Part shown: one piece after another, positions 17,058-26,208 of the stretch
Position numbering within the stretch: the stretch's first letter is position 1
Layout: each line of letters begins with the position of its first letter
DNA from: an uncultured Clostridia bacterium
GTDB lineage: Bacteria > Bacillota > Clostridia > Christensenellales > Aristaeellaceae
DNA: 37,078 nt
NCBI GenBank assembly: GCA_934647145.1
Contig: CAKUFB010000001.1
Span: 1 to 37,078, forward strand
Direction: 5' to 3'
Notes under the pieces: generated by a model
Database searches by the model: none
Told to the model about the DNA's origin: nothing
The model's input: only the letters and a program-made list of their open reading frames with translations
Position numbers and translations under genes: made by a program

Positions 17058-18763
17058 ACGATTTCCTCCTTTTCCGCCGCATGAGCCAGCAGGTCGCGAT
17101 AGGCTTCATTGCCGCGCGTCAGGCTGTCGTGACTGCCCAGAACCGCCGGCTCCTCCGCGCGGAGCATCAGCACCTGATCCGCCTCCCGGGCAAACGCCGC
17201 GAGGTGCGTGATCTGAATCACCGTCGGGCAGTACGCGCGCAGGTTCTTCAGGATGCGCCGCGCCTGGTTCAGGTCCATCGCGGAGAGCATCTCGTCCAGC
17301 ACGAACACGTCGCCCCCGTCCAGTATCGCCCGCGCCAGCAGCAGCCTCTGCCGCTGTCCGCCGGAAAGGTTGCCCGCGTTGTTCTTCAGGCAGGTCTCGG
17401 TGCGCTCAGCCTGCTCCTGCAGCTCATCCCACAGCTCGACCGCCCGCAGCGCCTCCTCCATCCGGCTCTCCTGTTCTGCTTCGCCGCACAGGTATTCCCG
17501 CACGGTCATTTCGGGCACCCAGAAGTCGTTGGCCACATAGCGAACCCGCGCGCGCAGCGCCTGCAGCGACCAGTCCTTCAGCTCCCGGCCGAACCAGACG
17601 ATTTCTCCCTGATAGTTTTCCGAATAGCCGAGCAGCAGCTTTGCCAGCGTGCTCTTGCCGCAGCCGCTTCGGCCCACGATCGCCAGATGCGTGCCCCGGG
17701 CAGCCTCAAAGCTGACCTTCGGCAGCGTGAAGCCGGACGGATAGGTATACGACTCGATGCGCACGCGCAGCGGGCAGGCGGCTTCAGGCGCCTCGTCCTG
17801 TCCGCCCGCGTGCTCGTCCGGCAGCTCGAACAGCCTGCCGACGCGCTCTGCCGCCACGCGCAGCTTCTGGAAGCACGCGAGGTTGCGCGAGAAGTTGCGG
17901 ATGGGATTGGCAATCATATAGAAGATATTGTACGCCGCCACCACCGCGCCCACGTCGACCAGCCCCTGATGCGCGAACAGTATGCCGCTTGCCAGAATCA
18001 GCACCGACGAGAGGCTGTGCGAGAGCATCGACAGGAAGAAGACGAGCTGATCATACCTGCGCACCTGCTGCCCCACCTGCATGTTCTCCTCAAAGCACTC
18101 CCCGCCCTTTTTCAGGAAGGTCTCCTCGGCGGCGTTCTGCTTGATGTCGCCATAGCCGAGCGACACGTCCTCATACAGCGAGGTCAGCCGGTCGGACACG
18201 GCCGCCTCCGCCCGGCGCACGTCGAGCTGACGGCGGCGCACCCTCCCCACCAGGAAGAAGCAGGCCAGCGCGGGCAGCACGCACGCCGGGATGAAGACCG
18301 GGTTGATGGAGGAAAAGTAGCCGATCGCGCTCACAAACGAAATCACAATCTGCGCCAGGCGCTGCAGATCGGTCGTATAGAACTTCGAAATGGCGGCAAG
18401 GTCTGCGCGCTGCAGCGTGATCACCTCGCCCGCGGAGCAGGCGTTCAGGTACTCGGGCGAAACGCTGCCCAGCTTGTCAAAGAAGGCCTCGCGCAGGCGC
18501 ACCAGAAACCACTTGCCGTGGCTCGCCCTGTACAGGCCGCAGTTCCAGATCAGTCCCAGCTGAATCAGCAGCAGCACCGGCCCCGCCGCCAGAAGGCGCC
18601 CGTTCCAGGCCGCGCCCGACTGAATCGCGGAGATGACGCGCCGCATCCACTCGGCGTAGACCAGCGGATAGACCGCCTCCAGCGCGCTGGCGAGAAAGCT
18701 CCCCGCCATCCACAAAACGCCTTCAGCCGTAAATACCTTCCTGTACAGATCCTTCAATCGCAT
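17051..18763 (-). CDS. ABC exporter, fused permease/ATP-binding subunit (partner of 15429..17057)
   Basis: Walker A is GRSGCGKST, the signature is LSGGQRQR, Walker B is VFVLDEMLSAMD. I chose the start at ATG 18763 (MRLKDLYRKVF), directly after AAAGGAGGAA. The TTG two codons downstream has more typical SD spacing. Confidence 0.9.
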   Translation of the reverse strand: MRLKDLYRKVFTAEGVLWMAGSFLASALEAVYPLVYAEWMRRVISAIQSGAAWNGRLLAAGPVLLLIQLGLIWNCGLYRASHGKWFLVRLREAFFDKLGSVSPEYLNACSAGEVITLQRADLAAISKFYTTDLQRLAQIVISFVSAIGYFSSINPVFIPACVLPALACFFLVGRVRRRQLDVRRAEAAVSDRLTSLYEDVSLGYGDIKQNAAEETFLKKGGECFEENMQVGQQVRRYDQLVFFLSMLSHSLSSVLILASGILFAHQGLVDVGAVVAAYNIFYMIANPIRNFSRNLACFQKLRVAAERVGRLFELPDEHAGGQDEAPEAACPLRVRIESYTYPSGFTLPKVSFEAARGTHLAIVGRSGCGKSTLAKLLLGYSENYQGEIVWFGRELKDWSLQALRARVRYVANDFWVPEMTVREYLCGEAEQESRMEEALRAVELWDELQEQAERTETCLKNNAGNLSGGQRQRLLLARAILDGGDVFVLDEMLSAMDLNQARRILKNLRAYCPTVIQITHLAAFAREADQVLMLRAEEPAVLGSHDSLTRGNEAYRDLLAHAAEKEEIVC

Positions 18764-18810
18764 TTCCTCCTTTTGAGCATCCCGTCCGTTTATCTCTTTT
18801 TTACATTTAT

Positions 18811-18839
18811 ATGCTATCATATGTGCAAATTCGCGTCAA
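18811..18839 (-). promoter_or_regulatory. putative promoter of the ABC exporter operon in an AT-rich island
   Basis: On the minus strand, TTGACG (18834-18839) is followed by a 17-nt spacer and TAGCAT (18811-18816). Confidence 0.4.
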
Positions 18840-18987
18840 TGTTTTTTTGGTTCTCGCGCAATATTTGTGCAAAATACACTTTCTGTTTTACAGTTATTTC
18901 TTCCTTCACCGCCCCAGGGAGCAGGGCGCTTTTGCGGCGCGCGCCGATTTTCGGAGATTTCAGCGCCCTCCGTCCGGCCGCGGGCGC

Positions 18988-19016
18988 TTGACCTGGCCGC
19001 CCGCAGCGTGTATAAT
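18988..19016 (+). promoter_or_regulatory. promoter of tdk
   Basis: TTGACC (18988-18993) is followed by a 17-nt spacer and TATAAT (19011-19016), 40 nt upstream of the GTG start. Confidence 0.65.
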
Positions 19017-19055
19017 AGGGTCGGATCGGTATGAATCGGAAAGGCGGAACAAGGC

Positions 19056-19607
19056 GTGGCAAAGCTATACTTTCGATACGGAGCGATGGGTTCGAGCAAG
19101 ACGGCGAACGCCATCATGGTGCGGTACAACTATCACGAGCGCGGCCAGAGGGCGCTCATGCTCAAGCCGAAGCTCGAAACGCGCGACGGCGAGAAGACCG
19201 TCCGCTCGCGCAGCGGCCTGAGCGCGCCCTGCGAGTATGTCGAGGATCTGGATACAATCGACGTGTCCGCCTACGACTGCCTGATCGTGGACGAGGCGCA
19301 GTTCTTGACCAAGGAGCAGGTCGAGCGGCTGGTGCGCATTGTGGACGAGCAGAACGTGCCGGTCATCACCTACGGCCTGCGCGCCGACTTCCGCGGCAAC
19401 CTGTTCGAAGGCAGCATGTGGCTGCTGGCCTGGGCAGACGCCATCGAGGAAATCAAGACCGTCTGCTGGTGCGGCCGCAAGGCCACCTGCAACGCCCGCA
19501 TACACGACGGCCGCGTCGTCAAGGACGGCCAGCAGATCCTGCTCGGCGGCAACGAAAGCTACGTCAGTCTCTGCCGCAGGCACTGGCGGGAGGGGCGGCT
19601 GAGATAG
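19056..19607 (+). CDS. tdk: thymidine kinase
   Basis: MAKLYFRYGAMGSSKT... matches the E. coli-type Tdk N-terminus and P-loop. It has the DEAQF motif and the C-terminal Zn-ribbon cysteines (CWCGRKA...CRRHW). The start is GTG. Confidence 0.95.
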   Translation: MAKLYFRYGAMGSSKTANAIMVRYNYHERGQRALMLKPKLETRDGEKTVRSRSGLSAPCEYVEDLDTIDVSAYDCLIVDEAQFLTKEQVERLVRIVDEQNVPVITYGLRADFRGNLFEGSMWLLAWADAIEEIKTVCWCGRKATCNARIHDGRVVKDGQQILLGGNESYVSLCRRHWREGRLR

Positions 19608-19618
19608 GAACGCCGGGG

Positions 19619-19852
19619 GGGGACGTTGGGGAGACGGCTTTTCTGAGAAAAGCCTCTCCCCAAACCCCTCACGAAAAGCACTTTGATCCACCAGACTAGT
19701 TTAGTGAACTGACGCAGTACCCCGAATGCGGCGTTGGACAGGAATCGAGGAAACGTTGATGAGACGGAGAACGATGAAGACCCCTCCCGGAAAGCGCCTT
19801 GATCCGCGCGGAAAACGCAAATAACAGGCGCAATCCCCCGAATGCGGCACGG
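19619..19852 (+). repeat. two diverged tandem copies (offset 116 nt) of a non-coding unit with three conserved boxes
   Basis: Box 1 is ACGTTG-nn-GAGACGG (19623-19637 and 19753-19767). Box 2 is CCCCTCnCGnAAAGCnCnTTGATCC (19665-19689 and 19781-19805), matching at 21 of 25 positions. Box 3 is CCCCGAATGCGGC (19720-19732 and 19836-19848), identical in both copies. The box 2 to box 3 distance is exactly 55 nt in both copies. Confidence 0.6.
19628..19661 (+). terminator. hairpin downstream of tdk (no U-tail)
   Basis: GGGGAGA(c)GGCTTTTC-tga-GAAAAGCCTCTCCCC forms a 15-bp stem with one bulge. Confidence 0.45.
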
Positions 19853-19865
19853 CGGGCTTTCATAT

Positions 19866-19891
19866 GCCGCAAGGCGCTTGCGGCGCGTTTT
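19866..19891 (+). terminator. terminator-like hairpin upstream of zapA
   Basis: GCCGCAAG-gcg-CTTGCGGC is followed by GCGTTTT. Confidence 0.5.
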
Positions 19892-19906
19892 GGGGTATGA
19901 TATAAT
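19878..19906 (+). promoter_or_regulatory. putative zapA promoter (extended -10)
   Basis: TTGCGG (19878-19883) is followed by a 17-nt spacer and TATAAT (19901-19906), which is preceded by TGa. It lies about 30 nt upstream of ATG 19938. Confidence 0.4.
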
Positions 19907-19937
19907 GGTTGGAAAGGCACCGATCGAGGAGAACAGC

Positions 19938-20219
19938 ATGGAAAAGAAGCGAGTCACCATCCGGGTTGCCGGAAAGGACTACAATATGACCAGCAGCGAT
20001 TCGGAGGCGTATGTGCGCCGGGTCGCCGCGTATGTGGATCGCAAGATCGGCGAGCTGACGCTGGCCACGCGGCTGCCGGCCGCGGACGCGGCGGTGCTGG
20101 CGGCGATTACGCTGGCCGACGACGCGTTCAAGGCGCAGGACGAGAACACCCGCCTGCGCCGGGAGCTGGATCAGGCGCGGCTGGAGATCGACCGCCTGAT
20201 GGGGGAGACCGGCCGATGA
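19938..20219 (+). CDS. zapA: cell division protein ZapA
   Basis: MEKKRVTIRVAGKDYNMTSSDSEAYVRRVAAYVDRKI... followed by a C-terminal coiled coil is typical ZapA. There is a GAGGAG RBS. The stop overlaps the next start (ATGA). Confidence 0.85.
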   Translation: MEKKRVTIRVAGKDYNMTSSDSEAYVRRVAAYVDRKIGELTLATRLPAADAAVLAAITLADDAFKAQDENTRLRRELDQARLEIDRLMGETGR

Positions 20220-22573
20220 GCATCGAGCTGCTGGCCCCCGCGGGCGAAAAAGAGGCGTTTCTGGCGGCGGTTAAGGCCGGGGCGAACGCGGTCTACCTGG
20301 GCGCGACTGCGCTCAACGCGCGCGCCGGCGCGGGCAATTTTGACCGGGAGACGCTCGCCTGGGCGACCGAATACGCCCACGAGCGGGACGTGCGCATTCA
20401 TGTGACCGTCAACACGGTGGTCAAGGAAAGCGAAATGAATCTGGTGGACGACGTGGCCGAACAGCTGGCGCATTGCGGCGTGGACGCGGCGATCGTGCAG
20501 GATCTGGGCGTGGCGGCGCGGCTTCACAGGCTGCTGCCCTCGCTGAGCCTGCACGCCAGCACGCAGATGGCCATACACAACGCCCAGGGCGCGCAGTTCG
20601 CGCTGGACGCGGGCTTTTCGCGCGCTGTGCTGGCGCGGGAGATGAGCCTGGAGGAAATCGCCGAGTGCGCGGACACGGGCATCGAGGTCGAGGTGTTCGG
20701 CCACGGCGCGCTGTGCGTGAGCTGCTCGGGGCAGTGCCTGTTTTCCAGCCTTGTCGGCGGCCGCAGCGGCAATCGGGGCCAGTGCGCCCAGCCCTGCCGC
20801 CTGCCCTACCATCTGGAGGGGGCGGTGCGCGCGCAGGGCTACCTGCTGTCCACGAAGGATCTGATGACGCTGGACTCGCTCGTGCGGCTGCGCGAGGCGG
20901 GAATCGCCTCTCTCAAGCTGGAGGGGCGGCTCAAGCGGCCGGAGTACGTCTACGCGGTCACCTCGGCCTATCGCCGGGCGCTCGACCTGCTGGAGGCCTA
21001 CGGCGACTACGCCCCCGACGAGGAAACCCGCGAGGAGCTGATGCAGGTATTCAACCGCGGCGGCTTCACGCGCGGCTACGGCCCGGGGCTTATCGACCGG
21101 GAGCTGATGAGCCGGGAGCGCCCGAATCACCAGGGCGTGCCGGTGGGGCAGCTGGTCGCGCCGGGCAAGCTGGCGCTGACGCGGGAGCTTTTGCCCGAGG
21201 ACGCGCTGATTCTGCGCGCGAAAAGGGCGGACGAGGACGTACCCCTGCGCGGGGTGTCCGGCCGGGCGGGCGAAACCGTCCGCGCCCGGGTGCCCGCCGC
21301 CGCGCGCCCGATCATGCCGCTGTACCGCCTGACCAGTCAGGAGCAGATGGAGCGCATCCGCGAGGCCTTGAACGACGAGCCGCAGACCGTGCTGCTGAGC
21401 GGCTTTTTTCGCGCGCAGGCGGGCGAAAAGGCGTGCCTGCAGCTCACCGACGGCCAACGCGCCGTCCGGGTCGAGTCGCCCGAGCCGCTCGCGCCCGCGA
21501 AAAAGCCGGGCGACCCCGAGCGCGCCCGCACGCAGCTTCAAAAGACCGGCGGCACGCCCTATCAGCTGATCGACCTGTCGCTTTCGGTCGATCCGGGCGC
21601 GTTTCTGCCCGCGTCGCTGCTCAACGAGCTGCGGCGCGACGCGCTGAGGCGGCTTTCCCAGGCGCGCGTGACGGCCTTTCGCGGCTGCAAAAGGTCATTA
21701 TCCCGCGCGCTGCCTCCTGAACTGCCTGAGCTGCCCGCCCCGAAGGCGCCCCTTCTGCGCGTCGAGGGCTCCGACTGGGCGCTGCTGCGCCGCCTTCACG
21801 GCGCGGACGAGCTGATTTTCCGGCCGGAGGATCTGAGTGCGGAGGGCCTTGATCAGGTCGCGCCCGACCGGCCGTTTTCGCTGGCGCTGCCCATGACCTG
21901 CTCGGCCGAGGCGCTGGACAGGCTGTGCGACTGGGCGCAGGCCAACCAGGCCAACCTGACCGCCGTGTACATCGCCAATCCCGGCCAGCTGGTCGTGCCC
22001 TTCCCGGGAACGCGGCGCGCCGATTTCTCGCTGAACCTTGCCAACCGGGAGGCGCTGGCCTTCCTGGCCGGACAGGGAATAACGGAGTATACCCCCTCGG
22101 TCGAGCTGACCGCGCAGGAGCTGCGCCAGATGGACGCGTCGGGCGGCAGTCGCGAGCTGATCGTTTACGGCAGGCTGCCGCTCATGCAGCTGCGCCACTG
22201 CCCCATTCGCGCCGCGCTGGACGGCCCGCACGCCTCCTGCCGCCGCTGCGACGGCCTGAGCGAGGACAAGCGGCTGGGCGCGCATGTGCTGATCGACCGC
22301 AAAAACGTGGCCTTCCCCCTGCGCCGCGTCAGGAGCGACGAGGGGTGTCTGGTGCGGGTGCTCAACAGCGCGCCGCTGTTTTTGCTGCGCCACGCGGGCA
22401 GGCTGCCCGAAAGCGCGGCCTGGCGGCTCGTGCTGACCGACGAAACGGAGGCCGAGGCGCAGTCCGTCCTGCGCCTGCACCGCCTGGCTATCGAGGGCGG
22501 CGACGTGCGCGCTGCCTCCGACTGGCCCGCCTGGGACGCGAAAAACACCACGACCGGGTACTATTTCAGGTAG
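20216..22573 (+). CDS. peptidase U32 family protein (long form)
   Basis: MSIELLAPAG...AGANAVYLG... is the U32 N-terminal TIM-barrel signature. The E-x-F-x-H-G-A-L-C motif is present as EVFGHGALCVSCSGQC. The length is 785 aa. Confidence 0.9.
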   Translation: MSIELLAPAGEKEAFLAAVKAGANAVYLGATALNARAGAGNFDRETLAWATEYAHERDVRIHVTVNTVVKESEMNLVDDVAEQLAHCGVDAAIVQDLGVAARLHRLLPSLSLHASTQMAIHNAQGAQFALDAGFSRAVLAREMSLEEIAECADTGIEVEVFGHGALCVSCSGQCLFSSLVGGRSGNRGQCAQPCRLPYHLEGAVRAQGYLLSTKDLMTLDSLVRLREAGIASLKLEGRLKRPEYVYAVTSAYRRALDLLEAYGDYAPDEETREELMQVFNRGGFTRGYGPGLIDRELMSRERPNHQGVPVGQLVAPGKLALTRELLPEDALILRAKRADEDVPLRGVSGRAGETVRARVPAAARPIMPLYRLTSQEQMERIREALNDEPQTVLLSGFFRAQAGEKACLQLTDGQRAVRVESPEPLAPAKKPGDPERARTQLQKTGGTPYQLIDLSLSVDPGAFLPASLLNELRRDALRRLSQARVTAFRGCKRSLSRALPPELPELPAPKAPLLRVEGSDWALLRRLHGADELIFRPEDLSAEGLDQVAPDRPFSLALPMTCSAEALDRLCDWAQANQANLTAVYIANPGQLVVPFPGTRRADFSLNLANREALAFLAGQGITEYTPSVELTAQELRQMDASGGSRELIVYGRLPLMQLRHCPIRAALDGPHASCRRCDGLSEDKRLGAHVLIDRKNVAFPLRRVRSDEGCLVRVLNSAPLFLLRHAGRLPESAAWRLVLTDETEAEAQSVLRLHRLAIEGGDVRAASDWPAWDAKNTTTGYYFR

Positions 22574-22637
22574 CGGGGACGCACCCCTCCGCTTTCCGAC
22601 ACACCGAACGCAATCCTTCATGCAGGGAGATGATGAT

Positions 22638-25025
22638 ATGCAGGAACGAACCCTGCGGGTACTGGAATTTACGAAAATCCGCGAGATGCTCGGCGCGCTG
22701 GCGCTGACCGACCTGGGCAAGGAGCGCATCGCGGCGCTCACGCCCGCCTCGGACGAGCGCACCGTCCGGCAATGGCAGGCCGAGACCGAGGAGGCCAGCG
22801 TCGTCATGGCCTATACCGGCTCCAACCCCATGCCCTTCGTGCCCGACGTGCGCGCGCACCTCAAGCGCGCCGGGGTGGGCGCGACGCTCAGCCCCAGGGC
22901 GCTGCTCGACGTGGCCGAATCGCTGCGCGCCGCCCGAAGCGCCCGGGATAGCCTGGTCACCGAGCGGGAAAACACGCCCTACATCACCGCGATGGCGAGC
23001 GGCCTGTTCGCCAACCGTCCGCTGGAGGAGGACGTGTTCGACGCAATCCTGTCCGAGGACGAGATCAGCGACCACGCCAGCCCCGAGCTGTACTCCATCC
23101 GCCGGCACATCAAGCAGTGCTCCGAGAAGATGCGCGACAAGCTCAACGAGATCATCCGCAATCCCTCGCTGTCCAAATACCTTCAGGACACGATCATCAC
23201 CCAGCGCGACGGGCGCTACGTGCTGCCTGTGCGCGCGGACAGCCGCCAGTTTATCAACGGCCTGGTACACGACCAGTCGGCCAGCGGCGCGACGCTGTTC
23301 ATCGAGCCGGCGGCGGTGGTGGAGGCGGGCAACGACCTGCGCCAGTGGACGGTCAGGGAGCGCCAGGAGATCGAGCGTATCCTCTCCGCGCTGTCGCAGC
23401 GCATCGCGCCCGACGCGGAGGCGATCGAGCAAAACCTTGATACCCTGGCCGAGCTGGACATGCTGTTTGCCAAGGCCAGCCTGGCCCGGAGCATGCGCGC
23501 CGTGCAGCCCAAGCTCAACGCCGAGGGCCGCATCCGCATCCTGGAGGGCAGACACCCGCTGATCGACCCGGCGAAGGTCGTGCCCAGCAACCTGTGGATC
23601 GGGCAGGACTTCACCAGCCTGGTCGTAACCGGCCCCAACACCGGCGGCAAGACGGTCACGCTCAAGACGGTGGGTCTATTGACGCTGATGGCGCAGGCGG
23701 GATTGCAGGTTCCGGCGGCGATCGGCACCGAGCTTTCGCTGTTCGACGAGGTGTTCGCCGACATCGGCGACGAGCAGTCGATCGAGCAGTCGCTGTCCAC
23801 CTTCTCCTCGCACATGACCAACATCGTGCGGATTCTTCGGGACGTCACCCCCCACTCTCTGGTGCTCTTCGACGAGCTGGGCGCGGGCACCGACCCCACC
23901 GAGGGCGCGGCGCTGGCCATCTCCATCCTGGAGCGGCTGCGCACGATGCGCGTCATTACCCTGGCCACCACCCACTACAGCGAGCTCAAGGCCTACGCAC
24001 TGTCCACCCCGGGCGTGGAAAACGCCAGCGTGGAGTTCAACGTGGAGACGCTGCGGCCCACCTACCGGCTGTCCATCGGCGTGCCGGGCAAGTCGAACGC
24101 ATTCGAGATTTCGCGCAAGCTGGGGCTGGACGAGGCGCTCATCGCCGACGCGGGCAAGCGCCTGAGCGAAAACCAGATCCGCTTCGAGGACGTCATCGCC
24201 AACGCCGAGTACCACCGCCAGGTGGCCGAAAAGGAGCGCGCGCTGGCCGAGGAGGCGCACAAGGAGACCCAGCGCCTGCAAAACGAGGTCGAAAAGCAGC
24301 GCGAGGCGCTGGCCGCCCAGCGCGACGAGATCATCAAAAAGGCGCGCGAGGAGGCCAGGCGCACCCTCGTCAAGGCGCAGCGCGAATCCGAGGAGCTGAT
24401 CGCCGCGCTGAAAAAGGCGCGCGCCAGGGATTCGGCCCCCCTCAAGGAGCACGAGCTGGGCGCGCTCAGGCGGCAGATGCAGTCCTCAATCGACGGCCTG
24501 TCCGGCGCGCTGCGCAGCGAGGTGCTCTCCGCGACCGAGCCGCCCAGGGACTTAAAGCCCGGCGAGACGGTCGAGCTGACCATGCTGGGCACGCAGGGCA
24601 CGGTGCTCGCCCCGCCGGACGAGAAGGGCGAGGTCATGGTGCAGGCCGGCGTGATGAAGATGAAGGTGCATATCTCCCAGATGCGCCGGGTGAAGGCCGA
24701 CACATCCGCCGCTCCCCAAAAAAGAAAGCCGGGCGCGCCGAAGAGCGGTTCCTCCGCCTCGAGCCTGCCCGCCGCCGGCCCCGCGTCCATGGAGTGCGAC
24801 GTGCGCGGCATGACGCTGGAGGAGGCCATCGGCGCGGTCGACCTGTTCCTGGACAACTGTACGATGCAGCGCCTAAAGCAGGTGCAGATCATCCACGGCA
24901 AGGGCACGGGCGTGCTGCGCGCCGGCATTCAGCAGCACCTGAAAAAGCATCGAAACGTGGCCGAGTTCCGCCTGGGGCGCTACGGCGAGGGCGAGGACGG
25001 CGTGACCGTGGTGACGCTCAAGTGA
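22638..25025 (+). CDS. mutS2: endonuclease MutS2 (MutS domain plus C-terminal Smr)
   Basis: The N-terminus is ...LEFTKIREML.... Walker A is GPNTGGKT. DELGAGTDPTEGAAL is present. The C-terminal Smr domain reads ...DVRGMTLEEA...IIHGKGTGVLR... I chose the start at ATG 22638, which has a GGGAG upstream. Confidence 0.95.
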   Translation: MQERTLRVLEFTKIREMLGALALTDLGKERIAALTPASDERTVRQWQAETEEASVVMAYTGSNPMPFVPDVRAHLKRAGVGATLSPRALLDVAESLRAARSARDSLVTERENTPYITAMASGLFANRPLEEDVFDAILSEDEISDHASPELYSIRRHIKQCSEKMRDKLNEIIRNPSLSKYLQDTIITQRDGRYVLPVRADSRQFINGLVHDQSASGATLFIEPAAVVEAGNDLRQWTVRERQEIERILSALSQRIAPDAEAIEQNLDTLAELDMLFAKASLARSMRAVQPKLNAEGRIRILEGRHPLIDPAKVVPSNLWIGQDFTSLVVTGPNTGGKTVTLKTVGLLTLMAQAGLQVPAAIGTELSLFDEVFADIGDEQSIEQSLSTFSSHMTNIVRILRDVTPHSLVLFDELGAGTDPTEGAALAISILERLRTMRVITLATTHYSELKAYALSTPGVENASVEFNVETLRPTYRLSIGVPGKSNAFEISRKLGLDEALIADAGKRLSENQIRFEDVIANAEYHRQVAEKERALAEEAHKETQRLQNEVEKQREALAAQRDEIIKKAREEARRTLVKAQRESEELIAALKKARARDSAPLKEHELGALRRQMQSSIDGLSGALRSEVLSATEPPRDLKPGETVELTMLGTQGTVLAPPDEKGEVMVQAGVMKMKVHISQMRRVKADTSAAPQKRKPGAPKSGSSASSLPAAGPASMECDVRGMTLEEAIGAVDLFLDNCTMQRLKQVQIIHGKGTGVLRAGIQQHLKKHRNVAEFRLGRYGEGEDGVTVVTLK

Positions 25026-25038
25026 GGAGTGAAGGCGC

Positions 25039-25500
25039 ATGACCATACGACGGATGCGGCCGGGTGACTACGCCGCCTATTGCGCGCTTCTGCGCGAGCT
25101 GCACGAGATGCACTATGCCACGCGGCCGGACATCTATCAGCCCCGGCCCGCCCTGCCGGACGAGAAGGAATTCGGCGCGATGCTTAAAAGCTCAGACTGC
25201 TTCGTCAGCGAGGACGAGAGCGGCGTGACCGGCATGGGCGTGATGCGCCTGCGGACGTACGAAAGCCCTTCCGTAAAGAAGCACACGGTCGCCTGGATCG
25301 AGGATCTATGCGTACGGAAAGACCGCCGCGGGCAGGGCGCGGGACGCTCGCTTTACGAGGCGCTGCTCGCCCGCGCGCGGGAGGAAGGGGTGGAGCGCGT
25401 CGAGCTGAACGTATTCGGCTTCAACGAATCGGCGCGCGCGTTTTACGAGCGCATGGGCCTGACCGAGCGCAGCCGCGTGATGGAAGCCTGGGTAAAATAA
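25039..25500 (+). CDS. GNAT family N-acetyltransferase
   Basis: The acetyl-CoA binding motif is ...VRKDRRGQGAGRSLYEALLARAREEG...FNESARAFYERMG. Confidence 0.85.
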   Translation: MTIRRMRPGDYAAYCALLRELHEMHYATRPDIYQPRPALPDEKEFGAMLKSSDCFVSEDESGVTGMGVMRLRTYESPSVKKHTVAWIEDLCVRKDRRGQGAGRSLYEALLARAREEGVERVELNVFGFNESARAFYERMGLTERSRVMEAWVK

Positions 25501-25515
25501 AAGGAGGAGCGGCGC

Positions 25516-26208
25516 ATGAGCAAGCTGAAAATACTGACCGTGGACGACGACCCCAATATCCTTCAACTGATCAACCTGTACCTGACCCGCGAGGGCTTCG
25601 AGGTGCTTCAGGCCTCGAACGGCACGGACGCGCTGAAGATCTTCAAGACCACGCCGCCCAGCCTGATGCTGCTGGACGTGATGCTGCCCGGCATGGACGG
25701 CTGGCAGGTGTGCCGCGAGGTGCGCAAGGTGTCCAACATCCCCATCATCATGCTCACGGCCAAGGACGAGACCTTCGACAAGGTGCTGGGGCTGGAGCTG
25801 GGCGCAGACGACTACATCGTCAAGCCCTTCGACACCAAGGAGCTGGTGGCGCGCATCAAGGCGGTGCTCAGGCGCTATCAGACGCTCGACGCGCCCGACA
25901 AGGAGCTTTCCTATCCCGGACTGACCATCAACATCACCCAGTACACCGTCACCTTCCTGGGCCGCCCGCTCGAAATGCCGCCCAAGGAGCTGGAGCTTCT
26001 GCACTTTCTGGCCAGTCATCCGGGCACGGTCTTCACCCGCGAGCAGCTGCTCGAGCAGGTGTGGGGCTACGACTTCTTCGGCGACTCGCGCACGGTGGAC
26101 GTACACATCAAGCGCCTGCGCGACAAGCTGACCGGGTGCGAGGAGCTGGGCTGGTCGATCAAGACCGTGTGGAGCGTGGGCTATAAGTTCGAGGTGAACA
26201 AGCCGTGA
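25516..26208 (+). CDS. OmpR/PhoB-family response regulator
   Basis: The receiver domain has ILTVDDD...LDVMLPGMDG...MLTAK. The winged-helix output domain has ...LELLHFLASHPGTVFTREQLLEQVWGYD...RTVDVHIKRLRDKL. Confidence 0.95.
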   Translation: MSKLKILTVDDDPNILQLINLYLTREGFEVLQASNGTDALKIFKTTPPSLMLLDVMLPGMDGWQVCREVRKVSNIPIIMLTAKDETFDKVLGLELGADDYIVKPFDTKELVARIKAVLRRYQTLDAPDKELSYPGLTINITQYTVTFLGRPLEMPPKELELLHFLASHPGTVFTREQLLEQVWGYDFFGDSRTVDVHIKRLRDKLTGCEELGWSIKTVWSVGYKFEVNKP

